Positions 10,525 to 20,482 of a stretch of DNA of 64,000 bases are shown here, piece after piece. The stretch is from positions 1 to 64,000 of the forward strand of contig CAVUAK010000001.1 in the NCBI GenBank assembly GCA_963739455.1, read 5' to 3'. This DNA comes from an uncultured Gemmatimonadales bacterium (GTDB lineage: Bacteria; Gemmatimonadota; Gemmatimonadetes; Gemmatimonadales; GWC2-71-9). The notes beneath the pieces were generated by a model. It was not told the origin of the DNA and made no database searches. It saw only the letters and a program-made list of their open reading frames with translations. Position 1 is the first letter of the stretch. Each line of letters begins with the position of its first letter. The translations under genes and the position numbers were made by a program.

Positions 10525-11080
10525 TCAGCCCGCGATCCCGAAGCAGTAGAACAAGCCGGTCCCGCCGGTCGCCACCAGGTTCGGCTGGGTGCAGCCGCGG
10601 GAGTTGTGCGCCGAGTTCCAGGAGGTCGGCGTCTCGCCTCCGCCCTGCTTGTCGTGATGTCCCGACGCGAGCGCTTGGTCCCCGTTCTAGTCCAGTTGTC
10701 GCAGTTGGTGTACCGTCACCGACGTAGGCGCGTTCCGTCGGCTTCAATCCGGTGAGCATGTCGTGCATGTTCGGGGTGTCGCCACGACCATTCACGATCG
10801 CGCCCTTTTCGGTGAGTGAGTTCTCCTTGCCCAGCTTGTTGTTGTCGCTGTGGAGGTCGGCGACGTTGTCGGCCACCTTGACGCCCTTGGCGTTGTACCA
10901 GGGCCCCTTGCCGATGCGGTCATGTGCGTTGACAGCCGGCTGACCGTTAGCGGGGGCGGCGCTGAGGTAGGCGCGCCACTTCAGGCTCTTGGCACCGGCA
11001 GCATCGGCGAGTGTCTGGCAAATCTTGTCAGCGCCTGCGACGCCACCGAGGTTGGCGCCATTCCCAGATCCAACGCTGGT
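10525..11080 (-). pseudogene. 5'-truncated secreted lectin-like protein (GxGxGANLGGxAGAD family)
   Basis: TSVGSGNGANLGGVAGADKICQTLA..WRAYLS..DRIGKGPWYNAKG..HDMLTG..GLFYCF; no signal peptide or convincing start; internal frameshifts. Confidence 0.65.
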
Positions 11081-11083
11081 GCC

Positions 11084-12172
11084 ATGAAACAATGGAATGA
11101 CAATCGGCTGACCGCACTATTGGGCATCGAGTACCCCATCATCCAGGGGCCACTCGGCGGACTGTCATCAGAGCGACTGGCTGCCACCGTGTCCAATCTC
11201 GGTGGACTCGGCTCGTTCGGGGCGCATACGGTGACGCCGGACTCCATCGGCAGTGTTGCCGCCGGGATCAGGGCGCTCACGCCAAAGCCCTTTGCGATGA
11301 ACCTCTGGGTGTCGATGGAGGATGAAGGGGCTCGCGCCTCGGACGAGGCGGCGTTCCGGCGCTGTCTCGCAGCACTCGCCGGACACCTCGAGGAGCTGGG
11401 CGCGCCGAACCCGGCGTACCAGCCCTATGTGCCGGCGTCGTTCGAGGCCCAGGTACGCGCGCTGCTCGACGCGAGGGTGCCGGTGTTCAGCTTCATCTTC
11501 GGAGTGCCTCCCGCGGAGATCCTGCAGGAATGCCGCGATCGCGGGATCGTCACGATCGGCACGGCCACCACGGTGGACGAGGCGGTGGCGCTGCAGCGAG
11601 CCGGGGTCGACGCCATCGTCGCTTCGGGGTTCGAGGCAGGTGGTCACCGCGGATCGTGGCTCCGCCGGGCGGAGGATTCGCTGATCGGCACGATGTCACT
11701 AGTTCCCCAGGTGGTCGACGCGGTTGAAGTACCGGTGATCGCGGCCGGCGGCATTGCCGATGCGCGCGGCGTGGTAGCGGCGCTGGCGCTGGGTGCCGAG
11801 GGAGTGCAGATCGGGACGGCGTTTCTCGCGTCGGAGGAATCGGGGGCGAATTCCCTGCACCGCGCGGCGCTGCGCGGTCCGGAGGCGAGGGGCACGGGGC
11901 TTACGCGCGGGTTCACTGGACGGCTGGGACGAGGCATCCGCAACAAGTTGATGGAGGGGCTCAACCGCGAGGGAACGCCGGTGCTGCCATATCCGCTGCA
12001 GCGAGCGCTGGTGAAGAACGTCGCGGTGCCCGCCGAGCAGGCGGGTCGACCCGACCTGATGCCGCTCTGGGCGGGGCAGAGTGCTGCCATCTCGAGCAAC
12101 CCGGATGCGGCGGCGTACTTCAAGTCGCTGATCGAAGCGGTCTCGCGAGCGTTTCTCCCCCGGGAGGGGTAG
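11084..12172 (+). CDS. Nitronate monooxygenase family (NAD(P)H-dependent flavin oxidoreductase)
   Basis: LGIEYPIIQGP, GGLGS, GFEAGGHRG, PVIAAGGIAD, GVQIGTAFL, LWAGQ. Confidence 0.92.
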   Translation: MKQWNDNRLTALLGIEYPIIQGPLGGLSSERLAATVSNLGGLGSFGAHTVTPDSIGSVAAGIRALTPKPFAMNLWVSMEDEGARASDEAAFRRCLAALAGHLEELGAPNPAYQPYVPASFEAQVRALLDARVPVFSFIFGVPPAEILQECRDRGIVTIGTATTVDEAVALQRAGVDAIVASGFEAGGHRGSWLRRAEDSLIGTMSLVPQVVDAVEVPVIAAGGIADARGVVAALALGAEGVQIGTAFLASEESGANSLHRAALRGPEARGTGLTRGFTGRLGRGIRNKLMEGLNREGTPVLPYPLQRALVKNVAVPAEQAGRPDLMPLWAGQSAAISSNPDAAAYFKSLIEAVSRAFLPREG

Positions 12173-12217
12173 AGCGCTGAAGGGGGCTGTTCATTGAATC
12201 ACTGATTGGAGGGACAG

Positions 12218-12532
12218 ATGCCAGAACCAGGCGAGCTGGAGCGCGCGATGGAGCACACGCGCGAACACTTGGAGTCACTGTTCATCAGGCTGGACGGGAG
12301 GGAGACAGCTGACGAGCTGGTGGCGATCGAAGAGGCGGTGGAGCGGTTTGAAGTGGCGGTGGAATCGGCTGGTGGAGACCTGATGGTGGATGAGGGCCCG
12401 GAGCGGGACAGCATCCAACCGGATGACCCGCACTTCGTGCTACCGCACAGGGATTCGGGCGAATCGGTGGCGAGTTACCTGGAGCGGCTCGCGGCGGCGA
12501 CCGACCGGGCGCGGCAGCATCGCGCGACCTGA
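12218..12532 (+). CDS. Hypothetical acidic protein
   Basis: GGAGG RBS; VESAGGDLMVD...PDDPHFVLP. Confidence 0.7.
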   Translation: MPEPGELERAMEHTREHLESLFIRLDGRETADELVAIEEAVERFEVAVESAGGDLMVDEGPERDSIQPDDPHFVLPHRDSGESVASYLERLAAATDRARQHRAT

Positions 12533-12588
12533 GCCCCTGCCTGACCCGACGTTGCGCACGGCGAGCTCGAGCGTCGTGCCCTCACAGC

Positions 12589-12951
12589 TTACGGGTGGTG
12601 CAGTGCGGGAGCTGCCGTAACGGTGATCGTGGCAGTGTCGTCCCGGTCCTGACAGGTCGCCGTTATGACCACTACCCCGACCGCAACTCCGGTGACAGTG
12701 CCAGTCGTAGACACGGTGCCAAAAGCGGGGTCACTCGAGGTCCAGGTCACGTTGCACGTGATCTGGTCGCCATTACCGTTCTCTGCGGTTGCGGTGATCT
12801 GCGTCGAGCCGCCCACGGTGATGCTTGCCTCATGGGGGCTCACTGTGAGGGTCGAGACAGTGCCCGAATCAGGGTCCGAGTTGCCTGAACTGCAGGCAGT
12901 GCCGCAGAGGGCAACTGCAACCAGACCGAGGGGAACGAAGATCAGGCGCAC
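12589..12951 (-). CDS. Ig-like (Big_2) domain lipoprotein
   Basis: Lipobox GTAC; VTWTSSDP..TVSTTGTVTGVAVG..ITAT. Confidence 0.85.
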   Translation of the reverse strand: MRLIFVPLGLVAVALCGTACSSGNSDPDSGTVSTLTVSPHEASITVGGSTQITATAENGNGDQITCNVTWTSSDPAFGTVSTTGTVTGVAVGVVVITATCQDRDDTATITVTAAPALHHP

Positions 12952-13022
12952 GGGTGGCTCCGGAAAAGGGTTGGCCTCGACCGCCAATTGCACCACTTAT
13001 TTGCGCCGCCGGCGAGGGCGTG

Positions 13023-14621
13023 TCAAGCTGGCGGAAAGCGGAACATCGCCGACTGTCGCTCGTACGCGTGTGCCAGCGCCAGGACCCGCACGTCATCGCC
13101 GGGGAAGCCAACGACTGAAAGGTTGAGTGCCGGCATGCCATCGGCGCCGTAGCCCGAGGGCACCGAGACCTCGGGGAGGCCGAGCCAGTTGTTGTAGGAA
13201 AGCGTGGTCTTGATCTTCGGCCACTTCCCGTCGATGGGCGACGCATTGAATGGCATCGTGGGCCAGACCATCGCTTCCACTTCGGCTCTCCGCATCGCAT
13301 CGGTGAGCTGCTTGACCACAGTGGCGCGGGACCGCGCGAACGATCGACCAGCCGGGTCCTCGATCATTGGAGCCTCGAGATACTTTTCCGCGTCCTCGAA
13401 GGTCTTCGGCAGGTCGGAGTAGAACGCCTGGAATGCCGGATAGCCCTTCCGCATGTCGCCGCGCGGGTCATCGCTCCGTCCGGCGAAGTACAGGTAGAGC
13501 GCATTGACGGTCGGTGGCGGGGTCCAGTCGTTCACCGCGACATCGCCCCGTTCCCTGGCGGCGGCGGCGAAGAGGTCCTCATAGTTGGGAGCCGTGACCG
13601 GTGCATCGAAGGTCTCGACGATGGCGCCGGCCGCCTTGAGGTTGGCAACGGCGCGATCCCAGGCGGCCACTGCTTCGGGCGCCATCTGCGAGCGGGGGAT
13701 GTTGGCCTCGACCAGGCCAATCCGGACGCCATGAAGCGCGTCGTCGCGAAGCTCGAGCGGTGAGGGAGCGTTCCAGGGGGTTGTGAGCGCGAGCGGATCG
13801 GATTCGTGTGGCCCTGCAATCGCTGCCAGGACCAGCGCCGAGTCGGCGACGAAGCGCGATAGCGGGCCATGGGTGTCGAGGTACGGCCAGGTCGGGATCA
13901 CACCGTAGCGTGGGAGGAGCCCGAAGGTCGGCTTCACCCCAACGACCCCGGTGAACTGGGCGGGAATGCGATTCGAGCCACCGTCATCGGTGCCCATCCC
14001 CGCGAAGGCGGTGCCGGTGGCAACGCAGACCGCCGAGCCGGCGCTCGACCCGCCGGGAGTGCGGGTGCCGGTCGGGTCATGCGGATTGAGGACCTGTCCG
14101 GTATGGCTGCTGGTTCCGTTTCCGTGAAAGGCAAAGTCATCCGCGGCGGTCTTGCCGAGCACGACGGCACCGGCAGCACGAAGGCGAACGACCTCGATCG
14201 CATCGCGCCGCACCGGGCCAAGAAGATGCGAGCCCACTCCGCATTCGAGCCGGTGGTCGGCAACCCCTTCATGTCGTAGATCGACTTGGCAAAGAGCGGC
14301 ACGCCGTCGAGCGGACCCAGGAGCGCGCCGTCGCGGCCACGCTGGTCGGAGGCACGGGCCTCATCGAGGGCCGTCGGTGAGAGGGCGTCGATGGCGCGCC
14401 AGCGGGTGCTCGCCACCCTGCTGCGCTCGAGGGCCTGCCGAGTGACTTCCTCGGCGGTCCACTTGCCGAGTCGACGCCCGGCCTGGTACTGGGCAATGGT
14501 GCCGTCGAGCGGATCGGGTGCATTTGACGTCGAACTGGGCCCAGCCGGAACGGGCGAGTGCGCTCATGCTGGCGCTGAGGGCTGCGAGTCGGGCGAGGGC
14601 GTCACGTCGGGAAAGAGGCAT
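13023..14621 (-). CDS. Amidase signature family enzyme with Tat-like signal (frameshifted)
   Basis: MPLSRRDAL; GPLDGVPLFAK; GGSSAGS; GTDDGGSNRIPA; split over several frames. Confidence 0.85.
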
Positions 14622-14678
14622 GCGTGGCAAGGTAACTTGCCTGCAACGTTGTCATCCATGAGGAGAGTGCGCGTGACC

Positions 14679-16209
14679 ATGCCGAACCGTCTCGCGATCG
14701 CCGCGACTACGCTGGCCGTCCTGCTCGCTGCCGCGCATGCCCCGGTGCTGGTGGACTGGGTCATGGTGGCGAAGATCAGGGAGGAAGGGCTCCAACGCTC
14801 GCAGGTCATGGAGTATGAGGCCTACATGACCGACGTGCTGGGGGCCCGTCTTACCCTGTCCGAGGGGATGAAGCGCGCGCAGCAGTGGGTGGAGGGCGAA
14901 ATGACCCGGATCGGGCTGGTGAATGTCGCGGCGGAGCCGTTCATGGACTTCGGGGTGACGTGGGACAACGAGTTCGTCTCCCTCCACATGCTGGACCCCG
15001 ACTACGCGCCGATGGTGGGGTATCCGTTGTCGCACACGCCGAGTACGAATGGATCGCTGGTACTGCAGGCGGTCATCGCCGACGTGCAGGTGCGGGGCGA
15101 CCTGGCGAAGTATCACGGAACGCTCAAGGGCAAGGCGGTGCTGATGTCGCCGCCGGCCACCATCGACCTGACGCCACTGATTAATGGCGTCCCCCGGTTT
15201 ACTGACGCCGAACTCCGGGAGAAGGAACAGGTGGTGATCGCGCCGCGACGCCCGGCGCCGCCGGCCAAGAACCCGGAGCTCCTCACGGCGGAGGAGAAGA
15301 TTGCGTTCTACAAGGCGGAGGGCGCCGCGGTGGTGCTGCAGTGCGAGAGCGGCTGGCTGGGCGCGGTACGGGGATATTCCCGGCCGGGAGCGCGGACGGA
15401 TGGCTATGTCGCGCGCCGGCATCATGGCATCACCGGTCATCGTCGCGATCACGCCGGAGCACTACAACCGGATGTATCGCATCCTCCAGCGCGACATCCC
15501 GGTGAAGGTCCAGGTGGAGGTGCGGAACCGGGTCGGTACCGTGGTCGAGCAGGCGGTGAACATCGTGGGAGAGATTCCCGGCAGCGACCTCAAGGATGAA
15601 GTCGTGATGATCGGCGCGCACTTCGACACCTGGCAGGCGAGTCCCAACGCCAGCGACAACACGTCGGGTGTGGCGGTGGTGCTCGAGGCGGCTCGCATCC
15701 TGAAGGCGGTGGGTGCCACGCCGAGGCGCACGATCCGGATTGCGCTCTGGAGCGGCGAGGAGCAGGGATTGCTCGGGTCGCGGGCCTACGTTCGCCAGCA
15801 CTTCGGCAATCCGCGCGATACCGCGGTGGGAGCGAAGCCGGCCTATGAGAAGCTCTCGGTGTACTTCAACCAGGATTACGGCCCCGGCCGGTATCGCGGC
15901 ATTTACTTGCAGGGAAACGAGGGCGCGCGCGCGCAGCTTGCGGCCTGGATGGAGCCGTTCGCTGACTTCGGCATGATCGCGGTGTCGAACCAGGGCGTGG
16001 GCAGCACCGATCATGTGTCGTTCGATGAAGTGGGGTTGCCCGGCTTCCAGTTCCTGCAGGACAATGTGCCGGGCACGGGCGGACACACCAACCTCGATTT
16101 CTACGACACCATCCAGCGCGAAGACCTGATGAGAAACGCGGTGGTGATGGCGTCGTATGCCTGGCACGCCTCCATGGCCGACGCGCCTATGCCGCGAAAG
16201 CGGTTCTAG
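14679..16209 (+). CDS. M28/M20-clan metallopeptidase (frameshift near 15.4 kb)
   Basis: IGAHFDTW, ASDNTSG, LWSGEEQGLLGS, STDHVSF, HTNLD. Confidence 0.88.
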
Positions 16210-16625
16210 ACGGACCTTACCAGTCTCCAGAACTGATCCTCGCCGACGATCGTCACCTGGTGTCCCTTGGCGGCGAGGCGGCGGATCTCCATCAGCTTGA
16301 GCCCGCCAGCCTTACCAGCCACCTGCTGGGCGTTGGGGCGACCGCGCACCAGGACGTCGGTGGTCGGACCGGGACTGGCCTGAAAGCAGGGAAGCGTGTG
16401 CACGTCCTTGCTCCGCATCGGGCTCTTCACGTCGCCCCGGAGCAGCATCGCGATCAGCTGGCCCACCTGATACACGTCGTCACGCTGCTGCAACTTCCGG
16501 CCCCGCCCCAGGCGATCTCGGTCGGTGCCTGGAGCGGATTGAACGCGTCCGCGGTGACACCACGCCAACTGGCCTGATGGGTGGCGATGCCGAAGTCGCC
16601 AAGCTTGAGGGCCTCGCCGCGACGG
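16206..16625 (-). pseudogene. Remnant of Ser/Thr kinase with C-terminal BRCT-like domain
   Basis: LKLGDFGIA (DFG), DDVYQVG (subdomain IX), then TDVLVRG..K..AAKG..IVGEDQF (BRCT-like); N-lobe absent. Confidence 0.65.
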
Positions 16626-16739
16626 CTACAGAACGAGACTTGATTAGGAACAAATGCCAGACGACTGACAAGGTCGATCGTGATGATCACGGTCAGTTAC
16701 ACTATCCACCAGCTGGTGTCTGCAGTGGAGAGGCTTACG

Positions 16740-17339
16740 CTACTGCATCAGCCTGAACCAGTCTCGCATCGAGAGCTGCAGGCGGAGCACCTCATCCTCA
16801 GCCAAGGCTGTGCAGTGCGCGATTGGCCCCCGTAGCGTATTGAGGTTGGCCATTACTTTCTCGACTGCACGGCTGCTATTCAGGATGCCACCGAACAGGT
16901 CCCAACTGCTCTTGATTATCTCGCCGAGCTCCCCAAACGTCGTGAAATCTAGCGGTGCCGTTGAGCGAAGGGTGACCGCCGAATCGACTTCCTTCTGCAT
17001 TCGCTTGCCGACCTCATCCTTAATCACCTGCGGAATTCGCGCCTTGTCCCACCACTGGGCACCGTGAGCGGCTTGCAATGTCTCCGATATGAGTTGCCGG
17101 ATGGTCTTCTCGAGACAGTAGAACACCTCGTAGTGGGCTGCCATTGCGGCGGCCTCAGCGCGCACTGCCTCCTCAAACTGGGGGTAGTAATCATCATCCT
17201 TGTCCGCGACCTCGCCACGACCGCGGCCAAGGTTCACATTCAACTCGCCTTCAATGCGATTTAGGGTTGCTTCAGTCAACTGGGCATTCATCGCGAATAA
17301 CTTAACGCGATCAAGTGCCACACCGGCAGGCTCAGTCAT
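16740..17339 (-). CDS. Swt1-like HEPN domain protein
   Basis: FYCLEKTIRQLI, WW, LDFTTFGELGEII..WDLF, LNTLRGPIAHC (RxxxxH). Confidence 0.85.
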   Translation of the reverse strand: MTEPAGVALDRVKLFAMNAQLTEATLNRIEGELNVNLGRGRGEVADKDDDYYPQFEEAVRAEAAAMAAHYEVFYCLEKTIRQLISETLQAAHGAQWWDKARIPQVIKDEVGKRMQKEVDSAVTLRSTAPLDFTTFGELGEIIKSSWDLFGGILNSSRAVEKVMANLNTLRGPIAHCTALAEDEVLRLQLSMRDWFRLMQ

Positions 17340-17949
17340 GCAGAAGATGTTCCCTCAAACTCCGAAAGATTGCGTTGTAGACGTCGACATTCGTGCTAGT
17401 AGGCAGGTTGAGGGTGATCGAGTAGCCAAGTGTGAAGGCGCGCACGTCGGCACCCCCACGTCCCGCTTCCGTGTTTGGACCGGACAGGGCTCGCGGTGCT
17501 GCAAGTGCTACCGGCGCTGCACCGTCAAACCGGGCATGTGCTCGCAGTCGCTTCAGGGTCGCAAATGTCAGCTCGGCAACTCGATCATCCTTCTTGGCTC
17601 CCGTTACCTGAACAATCAGACCCTTCAGCTCCGAGTCACCTAGCCTGTGGGCGTATTCGTTCGCCTCGAACAGAGGACGGTACGCCATCCTCATCGCCTC
17701 AGCAATGGTATTTCCGGACGTCGCGTCGTTCCGCAAGCGATCATAAAGTGCGGTAGGCGTCCCATCTGAATTGAGAAAACCTAGCTTCTTCAGAAATGGC
17801 GGGATGGCGGCGCCCGTACCACCCCTAACCTGAAGCACAGTCTTCACAAAGTCACTCGTGAAGCGCGTGGGGGTGGCCGCCTGTTTGATCTTGCCCAGAG
17901 CCGTGTCGATCGTGCCAGGCGTAGATAGGTAAGGAAGTGTTGTCGCCAT
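17332..17949 (-). CDS. DUF5343-like protein
   Basis: LPY..PG.I..L.KI..A.TP.RFT, FLKKLGFLNSDGTPT.LY, C-terminal YSITLNLP.STNVDVYNAIFRSLREHL; 8-bp overlap with the HEPN gene. Confidence 0.8.
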   Translation of the reverse strand: MATTLPYLSTPGTIDTALGKIKQAATPTRFTSDFVKTVLQVRGGTGAAIPPFLKKLGFLNSDGTPTALYDRLRNDATSGNTIAEAMRMAYRPLFEANEYAHRLGDSELKGLIVQVTGAKKDDRVAELTFATLKRLRAHARFDGAAPVALAAPRALSGPNTEAGRGGADVRAFTLGYSITLNLPTSTNVDVYNAIFRSLREHLLHD

Positions 17950-18071
17950 CTGATTACCTGTTGGAAGGGACCGCAGTCCACATTTGTATTACCTCTGCGA
18001 ATGCCATGAGCAGCAGCACGCTGTTGCGCGACTCGTGGATGACCGACGAGACACCCGTGGCTTTGCCGCCT

Positions 18072-19895
18072 TCAGGAGACACCCGGTCGTCCAGCATCGA
18101 GAAAGGGTGGCTTCTCCGCCCCACCATCGATGAGCCGCCCGATAGACGAGCAATCCTCCAGGAACTTCCGCGCAGCAACAGTGAGATACTGCCAGCAGCT
18201 AAAGGTCGGTGCCTCACTGATTCGCAATAGCCGACGCGCCTCAGCCAAGTAGCGCCGCCCCTTTTGTTCATCACCTACCGCGTAGCTGGCCAATGCCAAG
18301 CACTGCTGGTAATTGGCGCCCGGAAGGCCGCCACCCTCGGCATCCATCGCAATCACCCTCGCAAAGAGCGAACGATCGGGTCGTCCGCTCGACCCCCAGT
18401 TCGCCGTAGCAAGATTGAAGGCGTTCTGAATTGTCAATTCACCCGAGTTGACCAGCACCCGTTCCGCGTCGTCGCAACGGCCCAAGCCGATAAGCGTCAT
18501 TGCAGTTACCGCGTCGCGCTGCCTCCGCTGCGACTCATCCAGCGAGATTGTATCCCCGGCACTGGAAAGGAGAGTGAGGCTCAGGTCGAGTTCACCGCGA
18601 GAGCGGCTCAGATGATTGGCCAGTGCCAATCGGTTCCCCCAGGACAAGTGTCTGATAGCCTGTGTATCAAGTATTGCAGGCAGTCGGCTGGGAGAAGCAG
18701 TTCGCAACAGATTCACGACTGTTATGAGACTTACCGCATCAATATCCTGAGAACGCAGCGCCCCGAGTGCATCCTCCGCCGCTTGGGCCCGATTATCGAG
18801 CTGCATATTCGCCTCGGCCCTCAGCAGGAATGCTTCAGGCTGTATGACACCAAGCGCGAGAGCCTTGTCGACATATGTTAGCGCCTCCTCTGGCTCGCGC
18901 TGGCGCGATTGAACACGCGCGAGCGCGAACATCACCTCCGCATCGGACGCGTGAGTCATGGCGATTCTTTCTAACCGTACCTTCACGGTTTCCAGTCCAT
19001 GAGTACGTACACGCTCGCGAACGTCACGCAAGTAGTCTAGCGCCCCCTCACGGTCCTCAGGATTCAGCTTGACCAGCTTATCCGTCAGAGATTGATACTC
19101 GCGAGCCAATCGACTGCGAGGCTTGTCACGTGTGAAGACGACTTGCTTCAACAACAAGAGGCTATCATAGCGGTGAACGATGTGCAAAGCAGCCTGCCTC
19201 GGAATTCGCAGGGCGCGCTCGAAAGTCTCTATACTTTGCTTAAGGATGTCCTCCTCATCATCCAAGTCGGGAACGTTGGACATCACGAACTCTAGCGTGA
19301 TCTGCTTATTTCGAGGATGCGCTTGTTCTGCTCGAATATCAGCGACAATCTTTGTGAGGCCACTTAGGTTCTGGTCATTCGGGAAAAAGAGAATGACGAC
19401 GGCATCCGGCAGCTGTCGCGTACAGATTCCAGCGACATCTGTGTGACCGGTGCGCGAGTCAATTAGAACGTAGTCCGGTGCGAGCACATCCTTCCATTGA
19501 GCCTTCATGTCCTCCAGCATGAGGTAGCCATCACGGTTGTGATATAGATCGAGCCAGTCAATCGCTCCCAGCTTTCGGGAATATGACTCGTCTCTCCTCC
19601 CAGCTGGCATGATCCATAGCCCGCCTCGATCTTTTGCTACGCCAGAGGCCTCGTAGAGGTAGTTCTCGACAGGCGCCGCTCGGCCTGTCTCGAGGAATTC
19701 ACTGACATAGTCAACGATGCCAAGGGTACTCTCTGTCGGCCTTGGGAGGGGAAGTGTATCGAGTCCAGGCGCCTCCAAGTCGAAGTCAACGAGCAAGACA
19801 CGTCGCCCCCGTTGTGCGAGTTCCACGCCCACATTTGCAAGCGCCATCGTTCGACCTACACCGCCCTTGAACGAGTAGAAGGTTATGACATACAT
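18072..19895 (-). CDS. KGGVGR-variant ParA/MinD-like ATPase with C-terminal TPRs
   Basis: ITFYSFKGGVGRTMALAN, VLLVDFDLEAPGL, DYVLIDSRTG; TPR-like helices in the C-terminal half. Confidence 0.88.
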   Translation of the reverse strand: MYVITFYSFKGGVGRTMALANVGVELAQRGRRVLLVDFDLEAPGLDTLPLPRPTESTLGIVDYVSEFLETGRAAPVENYLYEASGVAKDRGGLWIMPAGRRDESYSRKLGAIDWLDLYHNRDGYLMLEDMKAQWKDVLAPDYVLIDSRTGHTDVAGICTRQLPDAVVILFFPNDQNLSGLTKIVADIRAEQAHPRNKQITLEFVMSNVPDLDDEEDILKQSIETFERALRIPRQAALHIVHRYDSLLLLKQVVFTRDKPRSRLAREYQSLTDKLVKLNPEDREGALDYLRDVRERVRTHGLETVKVRLERIAMTHASDAEVMFALARVQSRQREPEEALTYVDKALALGVIQPEAFLLRAEANMQLDNRAQAAEDALGALRSQDIDAVSLITVVNLLRTASPSRLPAILDTQAIRHLSWGNRLALANHLSRSRGELDLSLTLLSSAGDTISLDESQRRQRDAVTAMTLIGLGRCDDAERVLVNSGELTIQNAFNLATANWGSSGRPDRSLFARVIAMDAEGGGLPGANYQQCLALASYAVGDEQKGRRYLAEARRLLRISEAPTFSCWQYLTVAARKFLEDCSSIGRLIDGGAEKPPFLDAGRPGVS

Positions 19896-19900
19896 GACCC

Positions 19901-20482
19901 TTATGCCGCCCTTCGGAGCACAAAGCCGCCTTGCGAGAGCTGGCTTTGGCGCTCCGGCGAGAGCGATCGGAAGACCGGCGAACTCGTGGCGCCGAGTTGA
20001 GCTTTCAGTGGAAGGGATGCACCGCCTTCAATGGCTTGCAGGATCTGAAGCACCGCTGGCACCATGAGCAACCGGAGGTAGCGGTCGTAGGCCAGATTTT
20101 GTATCAGTGCTCCCCGCTCCCACCTTGCCAGGGTGGCCTCACCTAGGCGCGTCAGGCGGGTAAAGTCGCTGCGGCTAAGCGAGTAAGACTGACGCAGTTC
20201 TACAATTTCGCTCGGCGTTAGCACACCCAAGTGGCGGCATACCGCCTCGTGCCGTGCGTCTTCCGCGTCTGCATCAGTGAATTCAAACCCGCAAGCAAGA
20301 CACTTGCGAATTGGGATGCGCGCGGAAAGTGTGACAGTGTCAGAGCCACTTCCGTAAACAAAGGGCTCCTCTATCACGGTTGATTCTATTTGTGCGAGTC
20401 CACACATGGCGCAGGTTAGAGGCGACTGCCCTTCCTGCTGGCGATGGCTGGACGGCCAATCACTATTGCGGTTCATATTCAC
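19901..20482 (-). CDS. MqsA/YgiT-type antitoxin (Zn ribbon + HTH) with C-terminal extension
   Basis: CAMC and CLAC pairs; LTPSEIVELRQSYSLSRSDF..LGEATLARWERG; GTGA overlap with the toxin gene. Confidence 0.85.
   Translation of the reverse strand: MNMNRNSDWPSSHRQQEGQSPLTCAMCGLAQIESTVIEEPFVYGSGSDTVTLSARIPIRKCLACGFEFTDADAEDARHEAVCRHLGVLTPSEIVELRQSYSLSRSDFTRLTRLGEATLARWERGALIQNLAYDRYLRLLMVPAVLQILQAIEGGASLPLKAQLGATSSPVFRSLSPERQSQLSQGGFVLRRAA

Noticed and set aside
13023..16209. Split amidase and M28 peptidase as separate genes
   Set aside because: The fragments join into single full-length family members across indels.
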